In this document: piece after piece, positions 46,725 to 56,309 of the stretch
How the letters are laid out: every line of letters begins with the position of its first letter
Numbering within the stretch: the stretch's first letter is position 1
Assembly (NCBI GenBank): GCA_910584745.1
Contig: CAJUDG010000013.1
Span: 37,082 to 101,081 of the forward strand
Direction: 5' to 3'
Length of the DNA: 64,000 bases
From: an uncultured Eubacteriales bacterium
Lineage (GTDB): Bacteria > Bacillota > Clostridia > Oscillospirales > Acutalibacteraceae
Notes under the pieces: generated by a model
Told to the model about the DNA's origin: nothing
The model's database searches: none
Seen by the model: only the letters and a program-made list of their open reading frames with translations
Position numbers and translations under genes: made by a program

Positions 46725-47563
46725 GCATGAATTTACACGATCTGGAGGTCCTCAGCTGGGACCTGCGCCGGCAGACCCTGGACATCATAATGGCCGGGGG
46801 CGGCGGGCATATCGGCGGGGACATGAGCCTGATGAACGCACTCTTAGTTCTCTATGAGAATCATCTGAACATCACGCCCGAGACCGTCAATGACCCTGAC
46901 CGGGACCGTTTTGTGCTCTCGAAAGGCCACTCTATGGAAGCGTATTACGCCATACTCTGCCACAAAGGCTTTCTTGACCTCGATGACGTGACCGCAAGAT
47001 TCTCCAAGTTCGGCTCCCCCTACATCGGCCACCCCAACAACAAGCTGCCGGGCATCGAGATGAACTCCGGCTCCCTGGGCCACGGCCTGCCGGTGTGCGT
47101 GGGCATGGCTCTGGCCGGGAAAAGGAGCGGAAAAAGCTATCGCGTCTACACCATCATGGGCGACGGCGAGCTGGCCGAGGGCTCTGTCTGGGAGGGGGCC
47201 ATGGCCGCGGGTCACTATAAGCTTGACAACCTATGCGCGGTGGTGGACCGCAATAAACTACAGATCTCCGGCTCCACCGAGGAGGTCATGAGCCACGAGC
47301 CCCTGGCCCAGCGCTTCGCGGCCTTTGGCTGGAATGTCATAGATGTGAACGGCGACAGCATCGCCGAACTTGACGGTGCCTACACCCAAGCAAAAGAGGT
47401 CAAGGGCAAGCCCACCGTCATCATCTCCAACACCACCAAGGGCTACGGCTCCCCGCTGATGGAGAACAAGGCGGGCTGGCACCACCACCTGCCCACTCAG
47501 GAAGAATACGAGCAGATCAGGCGGGACTTTGCCGCGGGAAAGGAGCGTGCCCTGCATGAATAA
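46721..47563 (+). CDS. Transketolase, N-terminal (TPP-binding) subunit
   Basis: GHIGG, DRFVLSKGH, GSLGHG, GDGELAEGSVWE. Confidence 0.92.
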   Translation: MSMNLHDLEVLSWDLRRQTLDIIMAGGGGHIGGDMSLMNALLVLYENHLNITPETVNDPDRDRFVLSKGHSMEAYYAILCHKGFLDLDDVTARFSKFGSPYIGHPNNKLPGIEMNSGSLGHGLPVCVGMALAGKRSGKSYRVYTIMGDGELAEGSVWEGAMAAGHYKLDNLCAVVDRNKLQISGSTEEVMSHEPLAQRFAAFGWNVIDVNGDSIAELDGAYTQAKEVKGKPTVIISNTTKGYGSPLMENKAGWHHHLPTQEEYEQIRRDFAAGKERALHE

Positions 47564-48494
47564 GATACCCAACCGGCAGGCCGTCTGCGAGACCCTGATG
47601 GCCCGCGCCATGACAGATAAAGACATTTTCGTGCTGTGCAGCGACAGCCGGGGCAGCGCCAGTCTGGCCCCTTTTGCCGAGAAATTCCCGGAGCAGTTTA
47701 TTGAAGTGGGCATCGCCGAGCAGAATCTGGTGAGCATCGCCGCGGGCCTTGCCGCCTGCGGGAAGAAGGCCTTCGCCGCGTCCCCGGCGTGCTTCCTCTC
47801 CACCCGCAGCTATGAGCAGGCCAAGGTGGACTGCGCCTATTCAAACACCAACGTGAAGCTCATCGGCATATCCGGCGGGGTCAGCTACGGGGCCCTGGGC
47901 ATGAGCCACCACTCGGCACAGGATATTGCGGCCATGAGCGCCCTGCCCAACATGAGGGTATACCTGCCCAGCGACAGGCACCAGACAAAACGGCTGATCG
48001 AAGCGCTTTTGGAAGACGAGAAGCCCGCCTATATACGTGTGGGCCGCAACCCGGTGGAGGATATATATTCTGACAGTGATTGTCAATTCGAGATGGACAG
48101 CGCCGTCTGGCTCAGGGGCAGGGGGCAGCCGGTAAAAGCGGCCATAATCGCCTGCGGCGAGATGGTTCGCCCGGCACTGGAAGCTGCCGTTCTATTGGGA
48201 AAAGACGGCATTACCGCAAGCGTTCTGGACATGTACTGCGTGAAGCCCCTGGACCGTGAAGCCGTCATAGAAGCCGCCAGGGCGGCGGATATTGTGGTAA
48301 CCGTGGAGGAGCACTCCCCCTATGGCGGCCTGGGCAGTATGGTGGCCCAGGTGGTTTCTGAGCACTGTCCCCGCCGGGTCAAGTGCCTTGCCCTGCCGGA
48401 TGCACCGGTTATCACCGGCACCTCTCCCGAGGTCTTTGCCCACTATGGATTGACCGGCGATGGTATCGCCGCCACGTTAAAGGAGCTGCTATGA
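47556..48494 (+). CDS. Transketolase, C-terminal subunit
   Basis: GIAEQNL, LGMSHH, YIRVGR, VKPLD, VEEH..GGLGS. Confidence 0.92.
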   Translation: MNKIPNRQAVCETLMARAMTDKDIFVLCSDSRGSASLAPFAEKFPEQFIEVGIAEQNLVSIAAGLAACGKKAFAASPACFLSTRSYEQAKVDCAYSNTNVKLIGISGGVSYGALGMSHHSAQDIAAMSALPNMRVYLPSDRHQTKRLIEALLEDEKPAYIRVGRNPVEDIYSDSDCQFEMDSAVWLRGRGQPVKAAIIACGEMVRPALEAAVLLGKDGITASVLDMYCVKPLDREAVIEAARAADIVVTVEEHSPYGGLGSMVAQVVSEHCPRRVKCLALPDAPVITGTSPEVFAHYGLTGDGIAATLKELL

Positions 48495-49936
48495 AATACA
48501 TTTTGAGCATTGACCAGAGCACCTCGGGCACAAAAGCTCTGCTTTTGGACGAAAACGGCTTGCTTCTGGGCCGGGCCGACCTGCCCCACCAGCAGAAAAT
48601 CAACAGTCTTGGCTGGGTCAGCCATGACCCCATTGAGATCTATGAAAACACGATAGCTGCCGCAAAAAAGCTGATTGAGGCGCATAATGCAGACGCCTCC
48701 CAAATCGCCGCCATCGGCATCAGCAACCAGCGTGAGACGTCGCTCATCTGGGACCGTACCACCGGTGAGCCCGTCGCGGATGCGGTGGTCTGGCAGTGCG
48801 GCCGGGCTCAACCCATCTGCGACAGGCTGGAAAGCTATGCTGAAATGATTCGCCAGAAGACCGGCCTGCGGCTTTCCCCCTACTTCCCGGCGGCAAAGTG
48901 GGCTTGGATCCTGGAGAACACACCGGGTATATCAGGCCGCGAGCTATGCGCGGGAACAATAGACAGCTGGCTGGTGTACAAATTGACCGGGCAGTTCAAA
49001 ACTGACTACTCCAATGCCAGCCGTACCCAGCTTTTCAATATCAGCACCCTCCGATGGGATGAAGATCTGTGCAGACTATTCGGCGTGGACCCCGGTATGC
49101 TGCCCGAGGTATGTATGAGCGACAGCCGCTTCGGCGACACCGACATGGATGGGTTGTTCCCCCGTCCTGTGCCCATATATGGCGTTCTGGGCGATTCCCA
49201 CGGGGCTCTGTTCGGCCAGGGGTGTGTGAACCCCGGCATGGGCAAGGCAACTTATGGTACAGGCTCGTCAGTTATGGTAAACATCGGTGAAAAGCCTGTT
49301 TTCAGTGGCAGGGGCATCGTCACCTCCCTGGCCTGGGGCATGGGCGGAAAGATTAGCTATGTGCTTGAGGGGAACATCAACTACACCGGCTCGGTGATAA
49401 AGTGGCTGGTAGACGAGGTAAAGCTGCTGTCCTCCTCAAAGGATGCGGGCAGGCTCGCCATGCAGGCTGACCCCAATGACTGCACCTATCTGGTCCCGGC
49501 CTTTACAGGGCTGGGCGCTCCTTACTGGAAGTCGGACGCGAGGGCAGTGATCTGTGGCATGGGCCGGGGAACAGGACGCGCGGAAATTGTGAAGGCCGCG
49601 GAGGAGAGCATCGGCTACCAAATCGCGGACGTGGTGAAGGCCATGGAGGCGGATGGCGCAAGTCTCAAAGAGCTCCGGGCCGACGGCGGGCCCACCCGGG
49701 ACAAGTACCTTATGCAGTTCCAGGCGGACATCCTGGGCCTGCCCGTAGCTGTGCCGGAGCGTGAGGAGCTGTCAGGCATCGGCGCGGGGTACTGCGCAGG
49801 GATAGCCGCCGGGGTGTATCCAAAAGATATCATAAGCCGCACGGAGCGCCGCTACTACCGCCCAGAACAGAGCGAAGACTGGATAGACGAGCATTATAAA
49901 GGCTGGAAAAACGCTGTGAATATGTTAATGAAATAA
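48491..49936 (+). CDS. FGGY-family carbohydrate kinase (glycerol kinase-like, possibly apulose kinase)
   Basis: DQSTSGTK, NQRET, SNASRT, KATYGTG, GLGAPYW, ADGG. Confidence 0.88.
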   Translation: MKYILSIDQSTSGTKALLLDENGLLLGRADLPHQQKINSLGWVSHDPIEIYENTIAAAKKLIEAHNADASQIAAIGISNQRETSLIWDRTTGEPVADAVVWQCGRAQPICDRLESYAEMIRQKTGLRLSPYFPAAKWAWILENTPGISGRELCAGTIDSWLVYKLTGQFKTDYSNASRTQLFNISTLRWDEDLCRLFGVDPGMLPEVCMSDSRFGDTDMDGLFPRPVPIYGVLGDSHGALFGQGCVNPGMGKATYGTGSSVMVNIGEKPVFSGRGIVTSLAWGMGGKISYVLEGNINYTGSVIKWLVDEVKLLSSSKDAGRLAMQADPNDCTYLVPAFTGLGAPYWKSDARAVICGMGRGTGRAEIVKAAEESIGYQIADVVKAMEADGASLKELRADGGPTRDKYLMQFQADILGLPVAVPEREELSGIGAGYCAGIAAGVYPKDIISRTERRYYRPEQSEDWIDEHYKGWKNAVNMLMK

Positions 49937-49948
49937 GGAGGAGACACC

Positions 49949-51466
49949 ATGCAAACCGTAGAAAAATGGGGTATGCTGGAGATCAGCGCCCCTGGCAAAA
50001 CAGAGGGCAACCCCTTTACCGACTACACCTGCGCCGCCACGTTTAAGGGCAAAAACGAGACCGTCACCGTGGACGGCTTCTATGACGGAGACGGCACCTA
50101 TAAGGCCCGGTTCATGCCCAGCTTTGAGGGCGAATACACCTATGAGATGAGCGGCAGCTTCGGCGGGACCGTCGCCGGGAAATTCATTGTTTCAGCCCCC
50201 TCAGAGGGCAACCACGGCCCCATGCGTGTGGTGAACCAGTACCACTTTGCATATGAGGACACCACCCCCTACTACTCCGTGGGCACCACCTGCTATGCCT
50301 GGGCCCACCAGCCCGAGGAGATACACCTGCAGACCCTCCGGGAGCTTGACAAGGGCTACTTCAACAAAATGCGCTTCTGCGTGTTCCCCAAGCACTATAT
50401 CCACAACTTCCGCGACCCGGAGACCTTCCCCTACGAGGGCACGCCCATGGACAACTCCGGCCTTTCGGAGGAGACCTTCACCTATGAGATGGACATCTCC
50501 GGCAATAATTGGGACTTCACCCGCTTCAACCCCGAGCACTTCCGGCGCATCGAGCGCTGCATTTTAGAGCTCCAGGAGCGCGGCATAGAGGCGGACATCA
50601 TCGTCATGCACCCCTACGACCGCTGGGGCTTCAAGTCCATGACGGCGGAGCAGGACGACCTTTACTGGAAGTACGTTATCGCCAGGTTTGCCGCCTACCG
50701 CAACGTGTGGTGGAGCCTTGCCAACGAGTACGACCTGCTGTTCACAAAGAAGCTTGAGGACTGGGAGCGCTACGCCAAGATAATCTGCGAGAAGGACCCC
50801 TATAACCACCTCCGTGGTATACATAACTGCATGGCTTTCTACGACCACTCCCGGCCCTGGGTAACCCACTGCTCCCTCCAGCGCCAGGACCTGTACCGGC
50901 ACGTGGAGTACACCGATGAGTACAGGACCCGCTGGGGCAAGCCCATCGTCTGGGACGAGATTTCCTATGAGGGCAACATCGACATGGGCTGGGGCAACAT
51001 CTCCGGTCAGGAGCTCACCCGCCGCTTCTGGGAGGCCAGTATGCGTGGCGGCTACGCGGGCCACGGTGAGACCTTCGTGGACAAGGAGAACGACATCCTC
51101 TGGTGGAGCCACGGCGGGCCCCTTCACGGCGAGAGCCCCGAGCGCATCAAGTTCCTGCACAGGATACTCTGCGAGACCCCCGGCTACGGCCTGAGACCTG
51201 GCATGGGCAGCTTTGACGAGACCGTGGCCGTGCCGGACGGCGTGAATTTCCTGGCATTCGGCGGCGGCGCGGGGTACGAGATACACTACTACGGCTTCGG
51301 CCGGCCCAGCTTTAGGGACTTTATTAAGTCCGATGGCAAGTGGAAGGCAGAGGTCATCGACACCTGGGAGATGACCATCACTGACGCTGGCGTGCACGAG
51401 GGCAAGTTCCGCATCAAGCTTCCCGGCAAGGAGTATATGGCCGTGCGGCTGACAAGGGTCGACTGA
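49949..51466 (+). CDS. DUF5060/DUF4038/DUF5605-type glycoside hydrolase-like protein (apiosidase-like)
   Basis: GFYDGDG.YKARFMP, GTTCYAW, FNKMRFC, WWSLANEYD, DEISYEG, HGET. Confidence 0.75.
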   Translation: MQTVEKWGMLEISAPGKTEGNPFTDYTCAATFKGKNETVTVDGFYDGDGTYKARFMPSFEGEYTYEMSGSFGGTVAGKFIVSAPSEGNHGPMRVVNQYHFAYEDTTPYYSVGTTCYAWAHQPEEIHLQTLRELDKGYFNKMRFCVFPKHYIHNFRDPETFPYEGTPMDNSGLSEETFTYEMDISGNNWDFTRFNPEHFRRIERCILELQERGIEADIIVMHPYDRWGFKSMTAEQDDLYWKYVIARFAAYRNVWWSLANEYDLLFTKKLEDWERYAKIICEKDPYNHLRGIHNCMAFYDHSRPWVTHCSLQRQDLYRHVEYTDEYRTRWGKPIVWDEISYEGNIDMGWGNISGQELTRRFWEASMRGGYAGHGETFVDKENDILWWSHGGPLHGESPERIKFLHRILCETPGYGLRPGMGSFDETVAVPDGVNFLAFGGGAGYEIHYYGFGRPSFRDFIKSDGKWKAEVIDTWEMTITDAGVHEGKFRIKLPGKEYMAVRLTRVD

Positions 51467-51478
51467 TCTGCACATACG

Positions 51479-51509
51479 AAAAGCTCCCCGGCAAAGCCGG
51501 GGAGCTTTT
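51479..51509. terminator. Bidirectional terminator
   Basis: AAAAGCTCCCCGGC-AAA-GCCGGGGAGCTTTT between convergent genes. Confidence 0.88.
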
Positions 51510-51523
51510 ATGTTTCTAATCTC

Positions 51524-52786
51524 TTAAATGGAGTCCAGCGCCTTCTTCACGTCCTCCAGAATGTCCTCCACATTCTCAAGGCCGATGGACAGGCGTATCA
51601 TGCCGCCGTCTATGCCTGCCGCGGCCAGCTGCTCGTCGGTGAGCTGCCTGTGGGTCTCGCTGGCCGGGTGCAGCACGCAGGTGCGGATGTCCGCCACATG
51701 CACCTCGTTGGAGGCAAGGCTCAGCGCGTCCATGAACCTGGCCGCGGCCTCCCTGCCGCCCTTTATGATGAAGGAGATGACCCCGCTGCAGCCCTTGAGG
51801 TACTTTTGGGCCAGCGCGTAGTCTGGGCTGGACTTCAGGCCGGGATAGATGACGCTCTCAACTTTTGGGGAGCCCTCTAAAAACTCCGCCACAGTCTGTG
51901 CGTTCTCGCAATACTGCCTCATGCGCACCGGCAGAGTCTCAAGACCCAGGTTCAGCAGGAACGCCGAGTGGGCCGCCGGGTACACGCCGAAGTCCCGCAT
52001 AAGCTGCATACGGGCTTTTATGATGTAGGCCATCCTGCCATAGGTCTCGGTGTAGGATATGCCGTGATAGGACTCGTCGGGCTCGGTAAGCTCCGGGAAC
52101 TTTCCGTTTGTCCAGTCAAATTTCCCGCTGTCCACTATCACGCCCCCCACCTGCACGGCGTGGCCGTCCATATACTTGGTGGTGGAGTGTATGACGATAT
52201 CCGCGCCAAACTCAAACGGCTTGCAGAGTATCGGCGTGGCAAAGGTGTTGTCCACTATCAGGGGCACGCCCATCTGGTGGGCTATATTCGCAAAGCGCTC
52301 TATGTCCAGCACCTTCAGCGCCGGGTTCGCTATGGTCTCGCCAAAGACCAGCTTGGTGTTCTCCTTAAAGGCCGCCTTTATCTCCTCATCCGAGCTCTCG
52401 CTGTCCACGTATATGCACTCAATGCCCAGCTTCTTCAAGGTGAAGCTAAAGAGGTTTATTGTGCCGCCGTATATAGTGGGCAGGCTCACTATGCTGTCCC
52501 CGGCCTTGCAGATGTTGAGTATGCTGAGGAGGCTGGCCGCCTGGCCGGAGGTGGTGCACATGGCCCCCACGCCCCCCTCCAGGTCCGCTATCTTCTCCTC
52601 AACGGCCATCACCGTGGGGTTGCCGAAACGCGAATAGCAGAGCCCCCTGGTGGGGTCGTCAAAGATCGCCGCCACCTCTGCCGCCGAGTCGTACACATAT
52701 GTGGTGCTCTGGACTATGGGCAGCACCCGGGGCTCGCCGTTTTTGGGGGTGTACCCCGAGTGCAGGCATTTTGTCTCGTCTCTCAT
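51524..52786 (-). CDS. metY: O-acetylhomoserine sulfhydrylase (Cys/Met metabolism PLP enzyme)
   Basis: YSRFGNPT, ETIANP, DNTFATP, HSTTKYMDGH, HPASETH, RLSIGLE. Confidence 0.88.
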   Translation of the reverse strand: MRDETKCLHSGYTPKNGEPRVLPIVQSTTYVYDSAAEVAAIFDDPTRGLCYSRFGNPTVMAVEEKIADLEGGVGAMCTTSGQAASLLSILNICKAGDSIVSLPTIYGGTINLFSFTLKKLGIECIYVDSESSDEEIKAAFKENTKLVFGETIANPALKVLDIERFANIAHQMGVPLIVDNTFATPILCKPFEFGADIVIHSTTKYMDGHAVQVGGVIVDSGKFDWTNGKFPELTEPDESYHGISYTETYGRMAYIIKARMQLMRDFGVYPAAHSAFLLNLGLETLPVRMRQYCENAQTVAEFLEGSPKVESVIYPGLKSSPDYALAQKYLKGCSGVISFIIKGGREAAARFMDALSLASNEVHVADIRTCVLHPASETHRQLTDEQLAAAGIDGGMIRLSIGLENVEDILEDVKKALDSI

Positions 52787-52804
52787 TGGGTTCTCTCCTT
52801 TGGT

Positions 52805-53638
52805 TTAGTCTTCGCTCACGTGGCCGGAGCTTATCCCCTGGCTTACGTCTCCCAGGGGGAGCCACTCCATGGCCTTTAGAATGTAGCTGTCCCAGAAGGT
52901 CCAGTCGTGGCCCCCGGGGCCCTCCTCCCAGGTCACATCATAGCCCAGCTCTATAAGCCTGTCCCGGAACTCATAGTTGGGGGCGATAAGCCCATCCTCC
53001 GTGCCGCAGGCCAGATACATGCGGGGCTTGTCCTCTCTATTGGCTCCACGCTCGGCCAGGGCCGTATAGTCGTTCTCGCCGCCTATCACCTTGTCAAGGT
53101 CCCCGAAGACGGACTCGTAATAGCCCCTATTGGTCATGATATTGTCGGTGTACTCGGCGCTGGCCCTTGCCTTGTCCAGCACCAGCGCCGCCGACAGGCC
53201 TATCACATGCCCGAAAGTCTCCGGGTGCTGTAACCCGTTGACGATGGCCCCGAAGCCGCCCATGGAGAGCCCGCCGATAAAGGTATCCTCCCGCTCCCTT
53301 GAGAGGGGGAAGCTCTTGCGGGTGAACTCCACAAGGTCCTTTGCGATGAAGGAGCCGTAGAGGGCGCTGGTCTTGCGGTTGTCCACATAAAAGCTGTTGT
53401 CCCCGCTGGGCATCACCACGCAGAGGTCCCGGTCCTGGGCCCAGGCCTGTACGCGCGTGCCGGCCACCCAGTCGGTATAGTTGCCGAAAATGCCGTGGAG
53501 CAGATAGAGGGTCTTAAAGGGCTTCTCCTCCGGCTCAGGCTGTCCGGGGAACACGAACTTGTCCGTGGGCAGCACCACCTGGATGGGCACCGTGCGTGCC
53601 AGGGACTTTGAAAAGAAATTGCACTGGATTATAGCCAT
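52805..53638 (-). CDS. Putative acetyl esterase (tributyrin esterase/CE1-like)
   Basis: LYLLHG, GLSMGG, CGTED, GGHDW. Confidence 0.88.
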   Translation of the reverse strand: MAIIQCNFFSKSLARTVPIQVVLPTDKFVFPGQPEPEEKPFKTLYLLHGIFGNYTDWVAGTRVQAWAQDRDLCVVMPSGDNSFYVDNRKTSALYGSFIAKDLVEFTRKSFPLSREREDTFIGGLSMGGFGAIVNGLQHPETFGHVIGLSAALVLDKARASAEYTDNIMTNRGYYESVFGDLDKVIGGENDYTALAERGANREDKPRMYLACGTEDGLIAPNYEFRDRLIELGYDVTWEEGPGGHDWTFWDSYILKAMEWLPLGDVSQGISSGHVSED

Positions 53639-53650
53639 ATTTATCCGCCT

Positions 53651-56251
53651 TTATCCGAGCCCACCCAGGGACTCCTCTATTCGCTGTACCTTCTCCTTAA
53701 GCTTCTCGCCGTTCTGCCGCACGCCGTCTATGACGTTCGCGGGGGCCTTGCTCATAAAGGTCTCGTTCGAGAGCTTGCTCTCGACGGTGGCAAGCTGCTT
53801 CTTCGCGGACTCCAGCTCCTTAGTAAGGCGCTTCTTCTCCGCCTCCCGGTCGATAAGGTCGTCCATGGGCAGATACGCCCGGCAGCCCGAGGTCACCACA
53901 GTGACGGCTCCGGGCATGTCGAAGCTCTCCCCGGTCTCCACACCGGAGCAGTAGGCAAGGCGGGCGATGGACTCCTTCTCTGTGTCAAAGGCCTCCGGGC
54001 TCGCGGTCTCGATATAGAGATGGGCCCGGCGGCTGGGGGGCACGTTCATTTCGCTCCTTCTGGTGCGCACGGCTGTGATGAGCTCCATCACCTTCTCCAT
54101 CTCGGCCTCCTCGGCGGGGAAGTTCAGCCCCTCGTCGAACTCCGGCCATTTTGAGACCATTATGGCCTCGCCCTCGTGGGGCAGGCTCTGCCATATCTCC
54201 TCGGTGATAAAGGGCATGAAGGGGTGCAGAAGTTTTAAGGTATTGCCCAGCACCCAGCAGAGCACACGCCTGTTACTGTCGCCCATGCGGCCCTTGCTGA
54301 GCTCGATGTACCAGTCGCAGAAGTCGCCCCACATAAAGTCGTAGACCTTCTGCACGGCCACGCCCAGCTCGAACCTCTCCAGATTCTCGGTCATGTCCCT
54401 GGCCACGCGATTGAACTTGCTGACTATCCACTTGTCCTCAAGGGTCAGCTCCTCCGGCAGCGTGGGCGGTACCTCATGGCCGTCGATGTTCATATGGATG
54501 AACCGGGCGGCGTTCCATATCTTGTTGGCAAAATTCCGGCTTGCGGCCACCTTCTCGTCGGAGTAGCGGGTGTCGTTGCCGGGGCTGGTGCCGGTGATGA
54601 TGGTAAGGCGCAGGGCATCCGCGCCGTACTTGTCGATGACCTCCACCGGGTCCACGCCGTTGCCAAGGGACTTTGACATCTTCCTGCCCTGGGCGTCCCT
54701 GACAAGGCCGTGGAACAGCACCGTGTCAAATGGTATCTCCCCCATCTGCTCTATGCCGGAGAATATCATCCTGGCCACCCAGAAGAAGATTATGTCATAA
54801 GCTGTCACCAGGGTGTTCGTCGGGTAGAAGTACCGCAGGTCCTCGGTGTCCTCCGGCCAGCCCAGGGTGGAGAAGGGCCACAGCGCCGAGCTGAACCAGG
54901 TGTCCAGCGTGTCCTCGTCCCGGCGCAGGGGCTTGCCGCACTTGGGACAAACCGTCAGATCGTCCTCACTGACGAATATCTCCCCGCAATCGTCGCAGTA
55001 CCAGGCGGGTATCTGATGCCCCCACCATATCTGCCGGGAGATGCACCAGTCCTTGATGTTCTCCATCCAGTTGTAGTAGACCTTCTCCATGCGCTCGGGG
55101 ATTATCTTTATCTTCTTAGAGCGCACAGCCTCTATGGCGGGCTTCGCCATGCTCTCCATCTTCACGAACCACTGGGTGCTGACCCTGGGCTCCACCGGGG
55201 TGTGGCAGCGGTGGCAGGTGCCCACATTGTGCTTGATGGGCTCCACCTTCAGAAGGTAGCCGCCCGCCTCCAGGTCCTTCACGATCTGCTTCCTGGCCTC
55301 CAGCATACTGAGCCCCTGATACTTCCCGCCGTTCTCGTTGATGTTCCCGGCCCCGTCCATGATGGTGATGACCGGCAGGTCATGCCGCTGGCCCACCAAA
55401 AAGTCGTTGGGGTCGTGGGCGGGGGTTATCTTCACAACGCCCGTGCCAAAGTCCATCTCCACATACTCGTCAGCCACAACCGGTATCTCTTTATTCACAA
55501 GAGGTAAAATCACGTTCTTACCCACTATGTCCTTATACCGCTCGTCCTCCGGGTGTACGGCGATGGCCGTGTCCCCCAGCATGGTCTCCGGGCGGGTAGT
55601 TGCCAGCTGCACATAGCCCGAGCCGTCGGCCAGGGGGTATTTCAGGTGCCAGAAATTGCCCTCCTTCTCCTCGAACTCCACCTCTGCGTCAGAGAGGGCC
55701 GTGCCGCAGTGGGCGCAGTAGTTGGTCATGCGCTCTCCCCTATAGATCAGCCCCTTCTCATAGAGCTTCACGAACACGTGGCGCACGGCCTTTGAGCAGC
55801 CCTCGTCCAGGGTGAAGCGCTGGCGGTCCCAGTCGGCGGAACTGCCCAACAGTTTTAACTGCTCGGTTATCCTGCCGCCATACTTCTCGTTCCAGGCCCA
55901 GGCCCGCTCCATAAAGCCGTCCCGGCCCAGGTCCTCCTTCTTTATGCCCTCCTTCGCCATGGCCTCCACTATCTTCACCTCGGTGGCAAGGGCGGCGTGG
56001 TCCGTGCCCGGCAGCCAGAGAGCCGAATAGCCCTGCATACGCTTCCAGCGGATCAGCACGTCCTGGGTGGTCATGGTCATGGCGTGGCCCACGTGGAGCT
56101 GGTCGGTGACGTTGGGAGGGGGCATCATTATAGTGTACGGCTTCTTATTCGGGTCCACTTCGGCGTGAAAATACTTGTTTTTCAGCCAGAAATCGTATAT
56201 CCGGCCCTCCACCTCCTGGGGTTCATAGGCCTTTGCGAGCTCCTTGCTCAT
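53651..56251 (-). CDS. valS: Valine--tRNA ligase
   Basis: PPPNVT..LHVGH, DWCISRQIWWGH, KMSKS, C-terminal coiled coil. Confidence 0.97.
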   Translation of the reverse strand: MSKELAKAYEPQEVEGRIYDFWLKNKYFHAEVDPNKKPYTIMMPPPNVTDQLHVGHAMTMTTQDVLIRWKRMQGYSALWLPGTDHAALATEVKIVEAMAKEGIKKEDLGRDGFMERAWAWNEKYGGRITEQLKLLGSSADWDRQRFTLDEGCSKAVRHVFVKLYEKGLIYRGERMTNYCAHCGTALSDAEVEFEEKEGNFWHLKYPLADGSGYVQLATTRPETMLGDTAIAVHPEDERYKDIVGKNVILPLVNKEIPVVADEYVEMDFGTGVVKITPAHDPNDFLVGQRHDLPVITIMDGAGNINENGGKYQGLSMLEARKQIVKDLEAGGYLLKVEPIKHNVGTCHRCHTPVEPRVSTQWFVKMESMAKPAIEAVRSKKIKIIPERMEKVYYNWMENIKDWCISRQIWWGHQIPAWYCDDCGEIFVSEDDLTVCPKCGKPLRRDEDTLDTWFSSALWPFSTLGWPEDTEDLRYFYPTNTLVTAYDIIFFWVARMIFSGIEQMGEIPFDTVLFHGLVRDAQGRKMSKSLGNGVDPVEVIDKYGADALRLTIITGTSPGNDTRYSDEKVAASRNFANKIWNAARFIHMNIDGHEVPPTLPEELTLEDKWIVSKFNRVARDMTENLERFELGVAVQKVYDFMWGDFCDWYIELSKGRMGDSNRRVLCWVLGNTLKLLHPFMPFITEEIWQSLPHEGEAIMVSKWPEFDEGLNFPAEEAEMEKVMELITAVRTRRSEMNVPPSRRAHLYIETASPEAFDTEKESIARLAYCSGVETGESFDMPGAVTVVTSGCRAYLPMDDLIDREAEKKRLTKELESAKKQLATVESKLSNETFMSKAPANVIDGVRQNGEKLKEKVQRIEESLGGLG

Positions 56252-56309
56252 TCTGTATCAGTCCTTCCGTTTTTATTTGCACTTATAATTTACCCATAGT
56301 CATGAAACG

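Noticed and set aside
52786..52805. SAM riboswitch or T-box expected upstream of metY
   Set aside because: The intergenic gap is only 18 nt. The gene appears to be co-transcribed with the esterase and valS.
56252..56309. T-box leader expected upstream of valS
   Set aside because: Only ~58 nt are available and no T-box consensus or terminator is seen.
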